DNA of 64,000 bases from an uncultured bacterium (GTDB taxonomy: Bacteria; B130-G9), in contig CBDVDH010000011.1 of NCBI GenBank assembly GCA_965372715.1, forward strand, positions 1 through 64,000. The letters are read 5' to 3'. The notes below the pieces were generated by a model. The model made no database searches. It was not told where the DNA came from and saw only the letters and a list, made by a program, of their open reading frames with translations. The position numbers and the translations under genes are program-made. This document shows, one piece after another, positions 41,394 through 50,970 of this stretch. How positions within the stretch are numbered: the first letter of the stretch is position 1; each line of letters begins with the position of its first letter.

Positions 41394-42413
41394 ATGACAG
41401 AGGGACTAACGGGACGTGATTACGTAAAGGCCGCTTTCAAACGACAGCGTGTTGACAGGTTCTGCGCCTATCCAGTTCTCGGCGCGGTCAACGCGAAGTT
41501 CTGTGGGATAACTATCGAGCAATTCCTGACGGATGCGGCGAAGTTCGCTGCTGCTCAGCTGGCGGCTTATGAGCGCTTTGAGCCGGATATCGTCGTTATG
41601 ATGGCCGATCTCGTGATGGAGCCGGAGGCGATGGGCCAGAAGGTTGACTTTTTTGAAGACCGGATGTGCCAGCAGCGAGGCTACCTCGTCGATGAGAAGT
41701 CGAGGTTAGCTCATTTGGAAGTGCCCGACCCCAAATCTGACGCTAGAATGCCCTATTATCTTGAGGCGTGCAGCCGCGTGGCTGAGGCCCGGATAGATGC
41801 GGCCCTGGGTGGCGTCATAAATGGGCCCTGGTCGCTCGCGTGCGAGCTGCGCGGCGCGGAGAAGCTCCTCCTGGACACCTTCGATGACCCCGATTTCGTC
41901 AAGTCCCTGATGGAGTTCACGACCGAGGTCTGCAAGGTCTTTGGGGAAGAGGTCGGAAAGACCGGCGCGGGCGTCAGCTTGTCTGAGGCGCCGGCGTCGT
42001 GCAGCCTCATCTCGCCCGCAATCTACAAGGACTTCGTGGCGCCGTATCACAAGCAGGTTGTCGATCATTTCAAGGCTCAGAAGAAGGGCATCACGATTCA
42101 CGTCTGCGGCTTCATTGACCCAACCATGGGGATGCTCGTCGATACCGGCGCAGCCGCCATCAGCTTTGATGCGCCGTCGTCGCTAGAAAAAATGCTGTCG
42201 GTCGCAAATGAAAGAACCGTCGTGATCGGCAATGTCCCGACGACGGTGTTCCTGAATGAGGATAGAGATGCGATCTATCGGGAGGTGCAGAATTGCAGGG
42301 ACGCCGCCGGGGACGTGAACGGCTACGTTCTGGCGTCCGGCTGCGAGGTCCCAATTCCGAGCTCGGCAAGGAGCATCGAGTATTTCATGGAGGCCGCCAG
42401 GCAACCTAGATGA
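41394..42413 (+). CDS. URO-D family / MtaA-CmuA-like methylcobamide methyltransferase
   Basis: EPEAMG, GPWSLA..LRG, IHVCG and ASGCEVP Zn-ligand motifs. Confidence 0.85.
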   Translation: MTEGLTGRDYVKAAFKRQRVDRFCAYPVLGAVNAKFCGITIEQFLTDAAKFAAAQLAAYERFEPDIVVMMADLVMEPEAMGQKVDFFEDRMCQQRGYLVDEKSRLAHLEVPDPKSDARMPYYLEACSRVAEARIDAALGGVINGPWSLACELRGAEKLLLDTFDDPDFVKSLMEFTTEVCKVFGEEVGKTGAGVSLSEAPASCSLISPAIYKDFVAPYHKQVVDHFKAQKKGITIHVCGFIDPTMGMLVDTGAAAISFDAPSSLEKMLSVANERTVVIGNVPTTVFLNEDRDAIYREVQNCRDAAGDVNGYVLASGCEVPIPSSARSIEYFMEAARQPR

Positions 42414-42435
42414 GGTATGAATGTGCCGAATTGGC

Positions 42436-42545
42436 TTGTAGGGGCGTGGTCTCAGACCCGCTCGCCTCTCTGAATCCAATCAAACGCGGGGCCCTTGACA
42501 CGGCAATCAATTGGGACGGGCGGGTCTGAGACCACGCCCCTACAA
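42436..42545. repeat. GTAG-type REP inverted doublet
   Basis: TTGTAGGGGCGTGGTCTCAGACCCGCTCG...CGGGCGGGTCTGAGACCACGCCCCTACAA. Related units lie near 29390-29455, 41230-41335, 45720 and 59750-59825. Confidence 0.8.
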
Positions 42546-43574
42546 ATCAACCGACAAATCAGTGGCGCCCTCGGTATCCGTGGCGACGAAGCAGACTACG
42601 CGGTGCGTGCTTGTAAGTCTCCTTAGAGTTGGGTGAACAGCTCTGCATTGCTGAGTGGCATCCGGACATCGCGGATGGAACTGGCAGCCTGGGATGACTG
42701 CCGCCCCATCGGGCAGCTCGCCGGGGATTACCTGAAATGAGGTCCGACTCGTGCCAGCGCGCCTCTTCTCCTCGCCGGGCAGTGGGGGGATGCAGGCCAA
42801 CAGCGCCCTAGTGTATGGGTGCTGCGGGTTCTCGATGATCTCCTTGGTTGTGCCGACCTCGACAATCCGTCCGAGATACATTATCGCTATCCTATCGCAC
42901 AATTGCGACAGCAAGGTGAGGTCGTGCGACACGAAGACCAGGCTGAGTTGATGCTTGGGTCGAAGCCCGGCAAGCAACGCGATGATCTGTGCCTGGACGG
43001 TGACGTCGAGCGAGGACGTCGGCTCGTCGGCGAGAATTACAGATGGTTCTGAGGCAAGCGCGATTGCGAGTATGACGCGCTGCCTCATCCCCCCTGAGAG
43101 CTCGTGCGGGTATTGCCCTAGCCTCCGGGCGGGGTCCGGTATCCTCAGGTCGCGTAGGAGTTCAGCCGCTTGGTCTCGTGCGGCCCTTCGACCCGCATGC
43201 TGATGCAACCGGATACACTCCACGAGCTGAGAGCCAACCGTGAAGACGGGGTTCAGCGCAGTCATCGGCTCCTGAAAGACCATCGCGATTCGCCGCCCAC
43301 GAATGCTCCGCATCTCTGCCTCGGAGAGCTTAACGAGGTCTTTACCCTCAAACAGGATCGATCCGGCCGTTACCCTGGCCCCGGGCGGGAGCAGCCTCAT
43401 TATCGAGAGCAACAGCATCGTCTTGCCGCAGCCCGACTCGCCGGCTACGCCCAAGCACTCGGCCCCGCGCAGACTAAGATCAAGACCCCGCGCGGGGCGC
43501 ACCACACGGCCCCGTGTGGGTATCTCAGTCTCAAGACCCGTAATCTCAAGCTGTGCAGGACCCTGGGTTTTCAA
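42540..43574 (-). CDS. Peptide ABC transporter ATP-binding subunit (OppD/DppD-like)
   Basis: GESGCGKT, LSGGMRQR, LADEPT, HPYT and GCQFHPRC. Confidence 0.93.
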   Translation of the reverse strand: MKTQGPAQLEITGLETEIPTRGRVVRPARGLDLSLRGAECLGVAGESGCGKTMLLLSIMRLLPPGARVTAGSILFEGKDLVKLSEAEMRSIRGRRIAMVFQEPMTALNPVFTVGSQLVECIRLHQHAGRRAARDQAAELLRDLRIPDPARRLGQYPHELSGGMRQRVILAIALASEPSVILADEPTSSLDVTVQAQIIALLAGLRPKHQLSLVFVSHDLTLLSQLCDRIAIMYLGRIVEVGTTKEIIENPQHPYTRALLACIPPLPGEEKRRAGTSRTSFQVIPGELPDGAAVIPGCQFHPRCPDATQQCRAVHPTLRRLTSTHRVVCFVATDTEGATDLSVDL

Positions 43575-43813
43575 GGTTCGCTCTCGAAAGATGTATGAAC
43601 GCCATCAGAAAACTACCGGGTCATCTTACAGAAGAGCTTGCTGAGGTCAAGAGGTGGTTCCCAGCTGAGATGGCAAGTTCCAACCGCTAAGGCTAACCCG
43701 TTTGGTGTGGATTTGCCGCGCGTCCGGGAGTTCATGCGGTGTAGTGCAGAAGCGCCTCAAAGCGTGCCCGCCGGATGCCGGATTCCGCGTAGGAGCTTGC
43801 CGCTGCGCTCGAA

Positions 43814-43842
43814 CTTGACAGGCGCTGGCTTTTTGGGTAATA
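43814..43842 (+). promoter_or_regulatory. sigma70-like promoter upstream of the 44111 gene
   Basis: TTGACA, 17-nt spacer, TAATAT. Confidence 0.4.
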
Positions 43843-44110
43843 TACAGACGCAGGGATAAGATGAGGGGCTGATCTTGTGGAGGATAGTAGGATCGCCGCA
43901 ACTGGCAGCATCTGAGCTTTCTTTCGGAGGACGTTGCGAGATTTGTAGATTCTCTGCCTCATCGCATTCGCTCTGTGAGACCTCGGTGTTCTTCAGCTAG
44001 CGGTGCTGCAGAGAAGGGCAAGGGTAGATAGCGCCTGCAAATGGAGTCTTGAATCCCGGCGCTAACAGAGGGCTATTCGTCTTAGCCACGAATACTAAGC
44101 AGGAGAGGTT

Positions 44111-45667
44111 ATGGTAGGAAGGACTGTTGTTCGCACCATTACATCGATCTTTTTGGTGGTTTGCGTGGTCTCGGTCTCGACCGCGACCGACTATTATGTT
44201 GACGGGACGTTCGGTGATGATGGCCGTTCTGGGCTGACTTGGGATGACGCTTTCGTAACGATTGGCAAGGCGATGGCTTGCTGCTCCGGAACTTCGGCGG
44301 ACGCTATCCACGTTGCCGCCTCAACCTATTCGGAGTCAGTCACTTTCAAATCGTGTGTGGCTCTTCTGGGAGGGTATCCGGCCGGAGGCGGCACACGCGA
44401 CTCTGGATACAACGTGACCGTCCTCGATGGAGGCAGCTCCACAAGGCCCTTAACATTCCAGTCGGTATCGGACTGTAGGATAGACGGCTTCACCATACAG
44501 AATGGGTATTCCAGCAGCGGAGGCGCGGTCTATTGCGACCACTCGTCGCCCACGATAGAGTATTGCACAATTTCTGACAACACGGCGACCGATGGCGGCG
44601 GCCTATACTTTGACGGGTCCTCCCCGACGATTCTGGATTGCGAGATATCGAGCAACTCGGCGAGCGGGGATGGCGGCGGTATATTCTGCGACGGCTCGTC
44701 TCCCATTATACGAGACACGGTCATCGACGGCAACACGGCCGGCGAAAATGGGGGCGGGATGTTCTGCGATAACTCCTCACCGCCGGACACGAAGAACTGC
44801 CTCATCAAGTCAAACTCCGCGGGAGAAGATGGCGGCGGCGTCTTTTGCGACAACTCATCCCCCACGTTTCTCAATTGCACGTTCTCCTTGAACGAGGCGG
44901 ACGGGCTTGGTGGAGCGCTCTTCCTTGGCTCCGAATGCTCACCAGTTGTGGTCAATTCCATACTGTGGGGCGACGAGCCGGACGAAATCTGGGGACACGA
45001 GGAGAAGAAGAACTCGCTTGATATTACATACTCAAATGTTCACCAAGATGGCTTTGGTGATGGTGATTGCGGTCCGGACGACAACAACAACATCAACTGC
45101 GACCCCTATTTTGAATCCAGGGGAGGCGAGACCCGACATAACGGTTTCTTTCTCGATCAGGGTGACAGTCCTAGCGTCAGCAGCGGAGACACTGAAGTAA
45201 ACCCGTACGGGGGAAGCTCAAATCTAGAGTACGTAACTGATGTCGTCGGTTACCTTGATATGACGAGCGGTGACGAGGTGGACATGGGTTATCACTATAA
45301 GACCGAAGACTCCACCTACATAGAAATGGTCTCGTTTGAGGCCCTCGCTGTTGGCCACAGCATCGTCCTTCGCTGGGAGACCGGCGCAGAGATCAGAAAC
45401 GCGGGCTTCGCGCTCTTCAGGGAGATCGCCGGGACGCAGGATTACAGGCTGATCAGCAATCTGATCGCCGCCCAGGGCACACCAGCCTCCGGCGCCTCAT
45501 ACAGTTACACCGACAATGGCGTTGAGCCCGGCATCACCTACAATTACTGGCTGGTTGACATCGAGACCAGCGGCGCCTGGACCGCGCACGGGCCGGTGTC
45601 CGCGCGGTTACCCGGAGCGTTCACGTTCGCTACGGAGTCTGAGGCGGCACAGCTGCTGACAGGATGA
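44111..45667 (+). CDS. Secreted beta-helix protein with conserved C-terminal WETGAE domain
   Basis: Signal peptide, GGG..CD.SSP repeats, DMGYHY and LRWETGAEIRNAGFALFR...HGP. Confidence 0.88.
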   Translation: MVGRTVVRTITSIFLVVCVVSVSTATDYYVDGTFGDDGRSGLTWDDAFVTIGKAMACCSGTSADAIHVAASTYSESVTFKSCVALLGGYPAGGGTRDSGYNVTVLDGGSSTRPLTFQSVSDCRIDGFTIQNGYSSSGGAVYCDHSSPTIEYCTISDNTATDGGGLYFDGSSPTILDCEISSNSASGDGGGIFCDGSSPIIRDTVIDGNTAGENGGGMFCDNSSPPDTKNCLIKSNSAGEDGGGVFCDNSSPTFLNCTFSLNEADGLGGALFLGSECSPVVVNSILWGDEPDEIWGHEEKKNSLDITYSNVHQDGFGDGDCGPDDNNNINCDPYFESRGGETRHNGFFLDQGDSPSVSSGDTEVNPYGGSSNLEYVTDVVGYLDMTSGDEVDMGYHYKTEDSTYIEMVSFEALAVGHSIVLRWETGAEIRNAGFALFREIAGTQDYRLISNLIAAQGTPASGASYSYTDNGVEPGITYNYWLVDIETSGAWTAHGPVSARLPGAFTFATESEAAQLLTG

Positions 45668-46193
45668 TCCTCGCGTCGGCATAAGGAGGCTGGCACATAA
45701 CATAAGGCGGTGTTACCACTGTAGGGGTAGGCCGCCGTGCCTACCCTTCCAGAATAGAACCACGAATGAACACGAGGGCATGCTCTCCTCTTTTCTTCGT
45801 GTCCCTTAGTCGCAGATTCCGCCGAACGGCGAATGCCCTTCGTGGACACTCTCTCTCATCCCTCATCCAACGCACCGTTGCCACCCAGCAGCCGCGTTCT
45901 CGCCGAGTTCCGACAGCTTGACGGTACCCGTTTTTTCGGTCATACTTAACCGAGTGGGACAGCGGAACAGAGGGTAGGGTGCCGAGGCAGCGCAACAGGC
46001 CTCCTTTCCTACCACCTGATTCACTCCGTTGGGCGGGCGCCCAATATGTCCTTCCTCATTGAATAGACTTTTTATTAGATGTTTTTGTAACGGAATTGGA
46101 CATCGGAGGCGGGACAACGGCGAGGCAATCGACGGCCCTCAAATCAATCGAACGGCCAACGGCCAACGACCAACTATTAGATAGGAGACCCCT

Positions 46194-48728
46194 ATGAGAC
46201 TTCGGACAACTGTGCTGATGATTGCCATCGCCGCGGTCTTCGCGGTCATGGCGGCCAGCGCATTCGCTGATGACTATTATGTTGCGACTACTGGCAGCAA
46301 CACGACAGGTGATGGGTCGTCGGGGAATCCCTGGCTGACTATTACCTACGCTCTGGCGCATGTTACCGGCAGCGCTGCGAACCCGCACACGATCCACATC
46401 GCGGCGGGCAGGTATGATTCGAGCATCAGGGAATCCTACCCCCTCAATATGGAAAGTTACGTCTCGCTCTCGGGCGCCGACGAGGCCACGACAATCCTCG
46501 ACGCCAAGAATGTGGGATACCACGTCATCTTCTGCTTCGTAAAAAAGAACTTCACAATCGAGAACCTGACGATCACCGGCGGCAACGCAAATGCTTCAAG
46601 CGGCATGGGCCACTCCGGCGGCGGCATCTTCTGCATAAGCAGTTCTCTGACGCTGACCAACTGTACGATCAGGGGCAATAGAGCCCATTACGGCGGCGGC
46701 ATCTACTGCGACGACAGTTCTCCGACGCTGACCAACTGCACGATCAGCGGCAACAGGGCGACCTACCGTGGCGGCGGCATCGATTTCTACTACTTCTGCT
46801 CTTCGACGCTGACTAACTGCTCGATCACTGGCAACTGGTCGGGCGAGTCCGGCGGCGGCATCCACTGCGAATACGGCGATTCGCCATCGCTGACCAACTG
46901 CACGATCGCGGACAATGATGCGGATGCCGGCGGCGGCATATACTGCGACGACTCAAACTGCCAGCCGACGGTTCTGAACTCGATCCTTTGGGGTGATAGC
47001 CCAGATGAGATTGCGGGTGTTACGAGCGGCGTTTCGGTCACCTACTCCGACGTCGAGGGCGGCTGGTCTGGCACGGGCAACATGGACGATAACCCGCTCT
47101 TTGTCGCTGGTCAAGATGGAGACTATTACCTCTCACATGAGGACATCGACGGGGTCGATTCCCCCTGCATCGACGCCGGTTATGGGGCATTGGACGACTA
47201 CGGGCTCTATCCGATGACCACTTGCGCGGATGGCCGTACGGACGGGAATGACGATGGGGATTCGAGCACAGGTCCGATAGACATGGGCGTCCATTACGCC
47301 GGGCTTCTCGAGTACTACGTTGACGCCTTAAGCGGTAACGATAGCAATAGCGGACGCGATTGGGACGACGCCTTCGCCACGATAGGAAAGGCAATCGAGG
47401 AATGCTCGGAGTCGTGGCTATGGTATCACTGCAACATCCATGTCGCCGCCGGAACGTACTATGATAACATCGAACTGGACAGCCATCTAACACTGTTGGG
47501 CGGCTATCCGACGGGTGGTGGCACGCGGAACCCGGCCGCGAACGAGACCTCCATCGACGGCGGCGCTGTTGACACTGTCGTTACGATTGACTCCAAGACC
47601 GATGTGATGATTGATGGCTTCACGATTCAGAATGGCAGCGCGACCTACGGGGGCGGCATCTATTGCAGGGGCAGCGACCTGACCGTGACAGCCTGCATGA
47701 TCTCCGACAACGCCGCGAGCGAATTCGGAGGCGCCATTTACTTCGAGGCCAGTTCCGTTGAGATGAGCAATTGCATAGTCATGAACAACGCTGCGGAGGT
47801 TGGCGGCGGGATGTTCTGCTATGACGAGAGCTCTGTTGAGCTCTTAAACTGCATGATCGCTCATAACATGGCTGATTATGGCGCAGGGATCTATTGCTGC
47901 AGCGATTCTTCGGCATCACTCACGAATTGCACGATTGCGGATAACGTTGCGAGTGGCTCTGTGGGCGGCATCTATTCCGAGGGATTCTCATCCGTCGAGG
48001 TGCTCAATTCCATCATCTACGATAACGAGCCGGAACAGCTCTTTGTAACGCCGACAAGCTCGATCGCTATCACGTATTCCTGCGTGCAGGGCGGCTACTC
48101 CGGAACTGGCAATATCGACGAGGACCCGGGGTTTGTGCCGACGTCCGACCCACCATTCGAGTATTATCTCGCCCATACAGGCGCACAGGCGGGCGATTCG
48201 CCGTGCCTCGACGCCGGCTACGGCGACGTAGCGGACTACGGCCTCGGAGGGACCACAACTTGCACCGACGGCCGCGAGGACGGCGACGACGACAGCAACG
48301 GCGCCACCGGGCCAATCGACATGGGCTACCACTACCCCGCGGGCTACGATGGCGAGGGCGATACCTCGATCAGCCTCACGTCGTTCGACGCGCGGCCTGC
48401 TGGCGGAAGCATCGTCCTGACCTGGGAGACGGGCGCCGAGATCAACTGCGCAGGCTTTGCTCTCTTCAGGGAGATCGCCGGCACGCAGGACTACAAACTG
48501 ATAAGCGATCTGATCCCAGGACAGGGCGCCTCATCCTCCGGCGCCTCATACAGCTTCACCGACAATGACGTCGAACTGGGTATCACCTACAACTATTGGC
48601 TGGTTGACATCGAGACAAGCGGCGCCTGGACGGCGCATGGGCCGGCGTCTGCGAGGCTCCCGGTTGTCCTGCCTCCCTGTGTTGTTGAGCCCACAACCGA
48701 CGGCGTTCAGCTCTCAACGGCTCGGTAA
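46194..48728 (+). CDS. Secreted DUF1565/double beta-helix protein with WETGAE domain
   Basis: Two beta-helix modules, each ending in GPIDMGxHY. The C-terminal domain is near-identical to that of the 44111 gene. Confidence 0.9.
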   Translation: MRLRTTVLMIAIAAVFAVMAASAFADDYYVATTGSNTTGDGSSGNPWLTITYALAHVTGSAANPHTIHIAAGRYDSSIRESYPLNMESYVSLSGADEATTILDAKNVGYHVIFCFVKKNFTIENLTITGGNANASSGMGHSGGGIFCISSSLTLTNCTIRGNRAHYGGGIYCDDSSPTLTNCTISGNRATYRGGGIDFYYFCSSTLTNCSITGNWSGESGGGIHCEYGDSPSLTNCTIADNDADAGGGIYCDDSNCQPTVLNSILWGDSPDEIAGVTSGVSVTYSDVEGGWSGTGNMDDNPLFVAGQDGDYYLSHEDIDGVDSPCIDAGYGALDDYGLYPMTTCADGRTDGNDDGDSSTGPIDMGVHYAGLLEYYVDALSGNDSNSGRDWDDAFATIGKAIEECSESWLWYHCNIHVAAGTYYDNIELDSHLTLLGGYPTGGGTRNPAANETSIDGGAVDTVVTIDSKTDVMIDGFTIQNGSATYGGGIYCRGSDLTVTACMISDNAASEFGGAIYFEASSVEMSNCIVMNNAAEVGGGMFCYDESSVELLNCMIAHNMADYGAGIYCCSDSSASLTNCTIADNVASGSVGGIYSEGFSSVEVLNSIIYDNEPEQLFVTPTSSIAITYSCVQGGYSGTGNIDEDPGFVPTSDPPFEYYLAHTGAQAGDSPCLDAGYGDVADYGLGGTTTCTDGREDGDDDSNGATGPIDMGYHYPAGYDGEGDTSISLTSFDARPAGGSIVLTWETGAEINCAGFALFREIAGTQDYKLISDLIPGQGASSSGASYSFTDNDVELGITYNYWLVDIETSGAWTAHGPASARLPVVLPPCVVEPTTDGVQLSTAR

Positions 48729-48874
48729 TATCGCCTGCGTGGTGGCGCGGATTCTTGAAGGGGCTGCAAATCCCGCCCCACGGCAGCAGCGAATCCCTTT
48801 TCATCGCTTCCGCCGTTTCCGTTGTAGGGAAACTTCTCAGAGCTTGCCGTGTTGATCTTGGTGTAATCCTGATG

Positions 48875-48920
48875 TTGACTGGTGATTTTGCGGGGTGATA
48901 TATTCGAGATATGTCGAATA
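48875..48920 (+). promoter_or_regulatory. arsR promoter and palindromic operator
   Basis: TTGACT (48875), 18-nt spacer, TATATT (48899-48904). The palindrome TATTCGA-gatatg-TCGAATA (48901-48920) overlaps the ATG. Confidence 0.65.
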
Positions 48921-49240
48921 ATCGAAATGACGAAGTAAAGAAAATCGCGGATGTGATGAAGGCACTGTCAAATCCCAGCCGACTACAAGTCCTTCTGCGG
49001 CTCGTCTCATGCTGCCCTGCCAAAGGCAACTGCAAAAACGACGAGGTCTGCGCGTGTGTCGGTGAGATCGGGCAGCACCTAGAGATTTCACCTTCTACCG
49101 TCTCTCATCATTTGAAAGAGCTTCGAAATGCTGGGCTCATCCTGATGGAGAGACGCGGGCAGCGGGTCGAGTGTTCGATTGATTTCTCGACCGTGCAAAA
49201 CCTAGTCGATTTTTTCAATCGCAACCTTAAACAACATTAA
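48911..49240 (+). CDS. arsR: ArsR/SmtB-family metalloregulator, Cys-rich
   Basis: KALSNPSRL, SCC...C...VCACVGEI and STVSHHLKELRNAGLI. Confidence 0.9.
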   Translation: MSNNRNDEVKKIADVMKALSNPSRLQVLLRLVSCCPAKGNCKNDEVCACVGEIGQHLEISPSTVSHHLKELRNAGLILMERRGQRVECSIDFSTVQNLVDFFNRNLKQH

Positions 49241-49287
49241 CGTATAGGCGGACAGCAGCACGAGAGAACAGACTCAAGGAGGAAGAG

Positions 49288-49395
49288 ATGCCAGACAAGA
49301 CAATCGAGTGGGAGCGACTCTTGGGTGAGGCGGAGAAGACCCGCTCAAGATGCGCCAGAACAGAGGGTGAGCTAGACAAGGAGGCGATGATATGA
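49288..49395 (+). pseudogene. Short ORF resembling the DUF2703 N-terminus (remnant 1)
   Basis: AAGGAGG RBS, MPDKTIEWERLLGEAEKTRSRCARTEGELDKEAMI*, ATGA overlap with the 49392 gene. Confidence 0.45.
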
Positions 49396-50015
49396 GCCAT
49401 TCAAGCAAAAAGAACGAGCACGTCAACGAATTGGCCAGTTCCGGGGAATGCGGTCCCGGATGTGATTGCGGCGCTCCGGCGCGTAGCAAAAAGTACAAGG
49501 TCATTGTCAGCCTTATTGTTGGTGTGGCAGCAGCAGCCGTTGTGGCTTTCGGTTTCATAAGAGAAGCAGGAACCGAGAATAATGGTGAGGAACAGGCGTT
49601 CGCGGCCACCCTGGAGCAGCATGAGGAATCCAAGCTCTGGGGCCAGTCGCTGGATTCACTTGCCTCTCTTAACAAGCTGGCGGCTGCGAAAAACGCCGTG
49701 TTTGTTTTTCTTCCGGCCGAAGACGAGGCGCAAGTTACGGTCATAAAAGAGGAAATCGATAGTGCGGTAAGCAAAATCATCTCTGGCGGAACAACCACGG
49801 CAGTCTATACTCTTGAAAAGGACGCGCAGGACTATGCACAATTGGCGAAGCGGTTTTCCGTTCCATGCGTGCTGGCCCTGGTAAAGGGCCGAGGTATGGG
49901 GGTAGCTGAAGGCGAAATAACAGAGGAAAAACTGATGAAGGCGTTCGTCACCGCCTCGCGGCCGGCTTCATCCGGTTGCTGCCCGCCTGGTCGTGGCTCG
50001 TCTGGTTGCCGATAG
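49392..50015 (+). CDS. Membrane-anchored thioredoxin-like-fold protein with Cys-rich termini
   Basis: CGPGCDC at the N-terminus, one TM helix, FSVPC and GCCPPG...GC at the C-terminus. Confidence 0.7.
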   Translation: MSHSSKKNEHVNELASSGECGPGCDCGAPARSKKYKVIVSLIVGVAAAAVVAFGFIREAGTENNGEEQAFAATLEQHEESKLWGQSLDSLASLNKLAAAKNAVFVFLPAEDEAQVTVIKEEIDSAVSKIISGGTTTAVYTLEKDAQDYAQLAKRFSVPCVLALVKGRGMGVAEGEITEEKLMKAFVTASRPASSGCCPPGRGSSGCR

Positions 50016-50030
50016 AAGGAGAGATACCAG

Positions 50031-50744
50031 GTGGAATGGATTCAGTCAGCGTCCGAATGGATCAAGGCGACGTTTCATGACGTTGGAATGAGTCCGATAG
50101 CGTTTCCATTGGCGTTTCTTCTTGGCCTGGTCAGCGCTGTGGCAAGCGCCTGTTGCACGCTTCCTGTTCTCGGGGCTTTAGTCGGATACTCAGGAACGCG
50201 AAAACAATCTAGTCGCCGGACCAACCTGCTCGCTGCGTTCTTCTTTATGATTGGGAGTGTTGTCTCACTTCTCATTCTCGGGGCAGTTGCAGGTTTTGTC
50301 GGCCAGGTTGCTCAAATGTCTCTCGGCAGGTATTGGAAGGTCTTTGCCGGTATCATGGCCATTGTCTTCGGACTCGCCACACTTAAGTTGCTGCCCTTTA
50401 AACTGCCGCAAAAACAGGGCAGAACCGGCGACCAGCGGGGCGGCCTTCTTGAGGCGGCATTGTTTGGCTTCATCATGGGTGGGGCCGTCAGTGTGTGCTC
50501 GTTGGCCTGTAATCCCGGGATTTACATCATCCTGGGCGCGGCTGTGCTGCAGGGATATACCGTCTGGATGTCAGGGGTCCTTGCTGCCTTCGCCATTGGA
50601 TTCAGCCTCCCTTTGACAGCTCTCGTTCTGGGCGTCTCTTTTGGAAAAGCAGCCGTCAAGGCAAAAAAGGTGGAGAGGGTGATTCGAGTCAGCGCAGGAA
50701 TAGTGCTGGTCGGCGTCGGCTTCTATTTTTTGAGCACATTTTGA
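50031..50744 (+). CDS. ccdA: CcdA/DsbD-type transmembrane thiol-disulfide electron transporter
   Basis: About 6 TM helices, with ACCTLP in TM1 and CSLACNP in TM4. Confidence 0.8.
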   Translation: MEWIQSASEWIKATFHDVGMSPIAFPLAFLLGLVSAVASACCTLPVLGALVGYSGTRKQSSRRTNLLAAFFFMIGSVVSLLILGAVAGFVGQVAQMSLGRYWKVFAGIMAIVFGLATLKLLPFKLPQKQGRTGDQRGGLLEAALFGFIMGGAVSVCSLACNPGIYIILGAAVLQGYTVWMSGVLAAFAIGFSLPLTALVLGVSFGKAAVKAKKVERVIRVSAGIVLVGVGFYFLSTF

Positions 50745-50815
50745 GCCGGTGACCGGCTACTTCTCGCGAAAATGGCTCATAGCCGTACCATAGAACAGAT
50801 TTTAAGGAGGAAAAG

Positions 50816-50956
50816 ATGCCAGACATGATAATAGAGTGGCAGCCCCTAGTGGATGAGGCGGACAAGACGCACGGGATCATCCCCCCAGGGCTGATCGTTC
50901 GGGCGGGAGTTGAGGCGGCGGCGGTTCATTTCGGCGCCGATGTTTTACCACGTTAA
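50816..50956 (+). pseudogene. Short ORF resembling DUF2703 with an internal deletion (remnant 2)
   Basis: AAGGAGG RBS, MPDMIIEWQPLVDEADKT-HGIIPPGLIVRAGVEAA. DNA similar to 49265-49340. Confidence 0.45.
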
Positions 50957-50970
50957 CGTTCAGGAGACTC

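Noticed and set aside
41394-42413. MtaA-like methyltransferase as the methyl donor partner of HgcA
   Set aside because: About 9 kb away and separated by unrelated genes. The family is common in anaerobes, and nothing in the sequence links the two.
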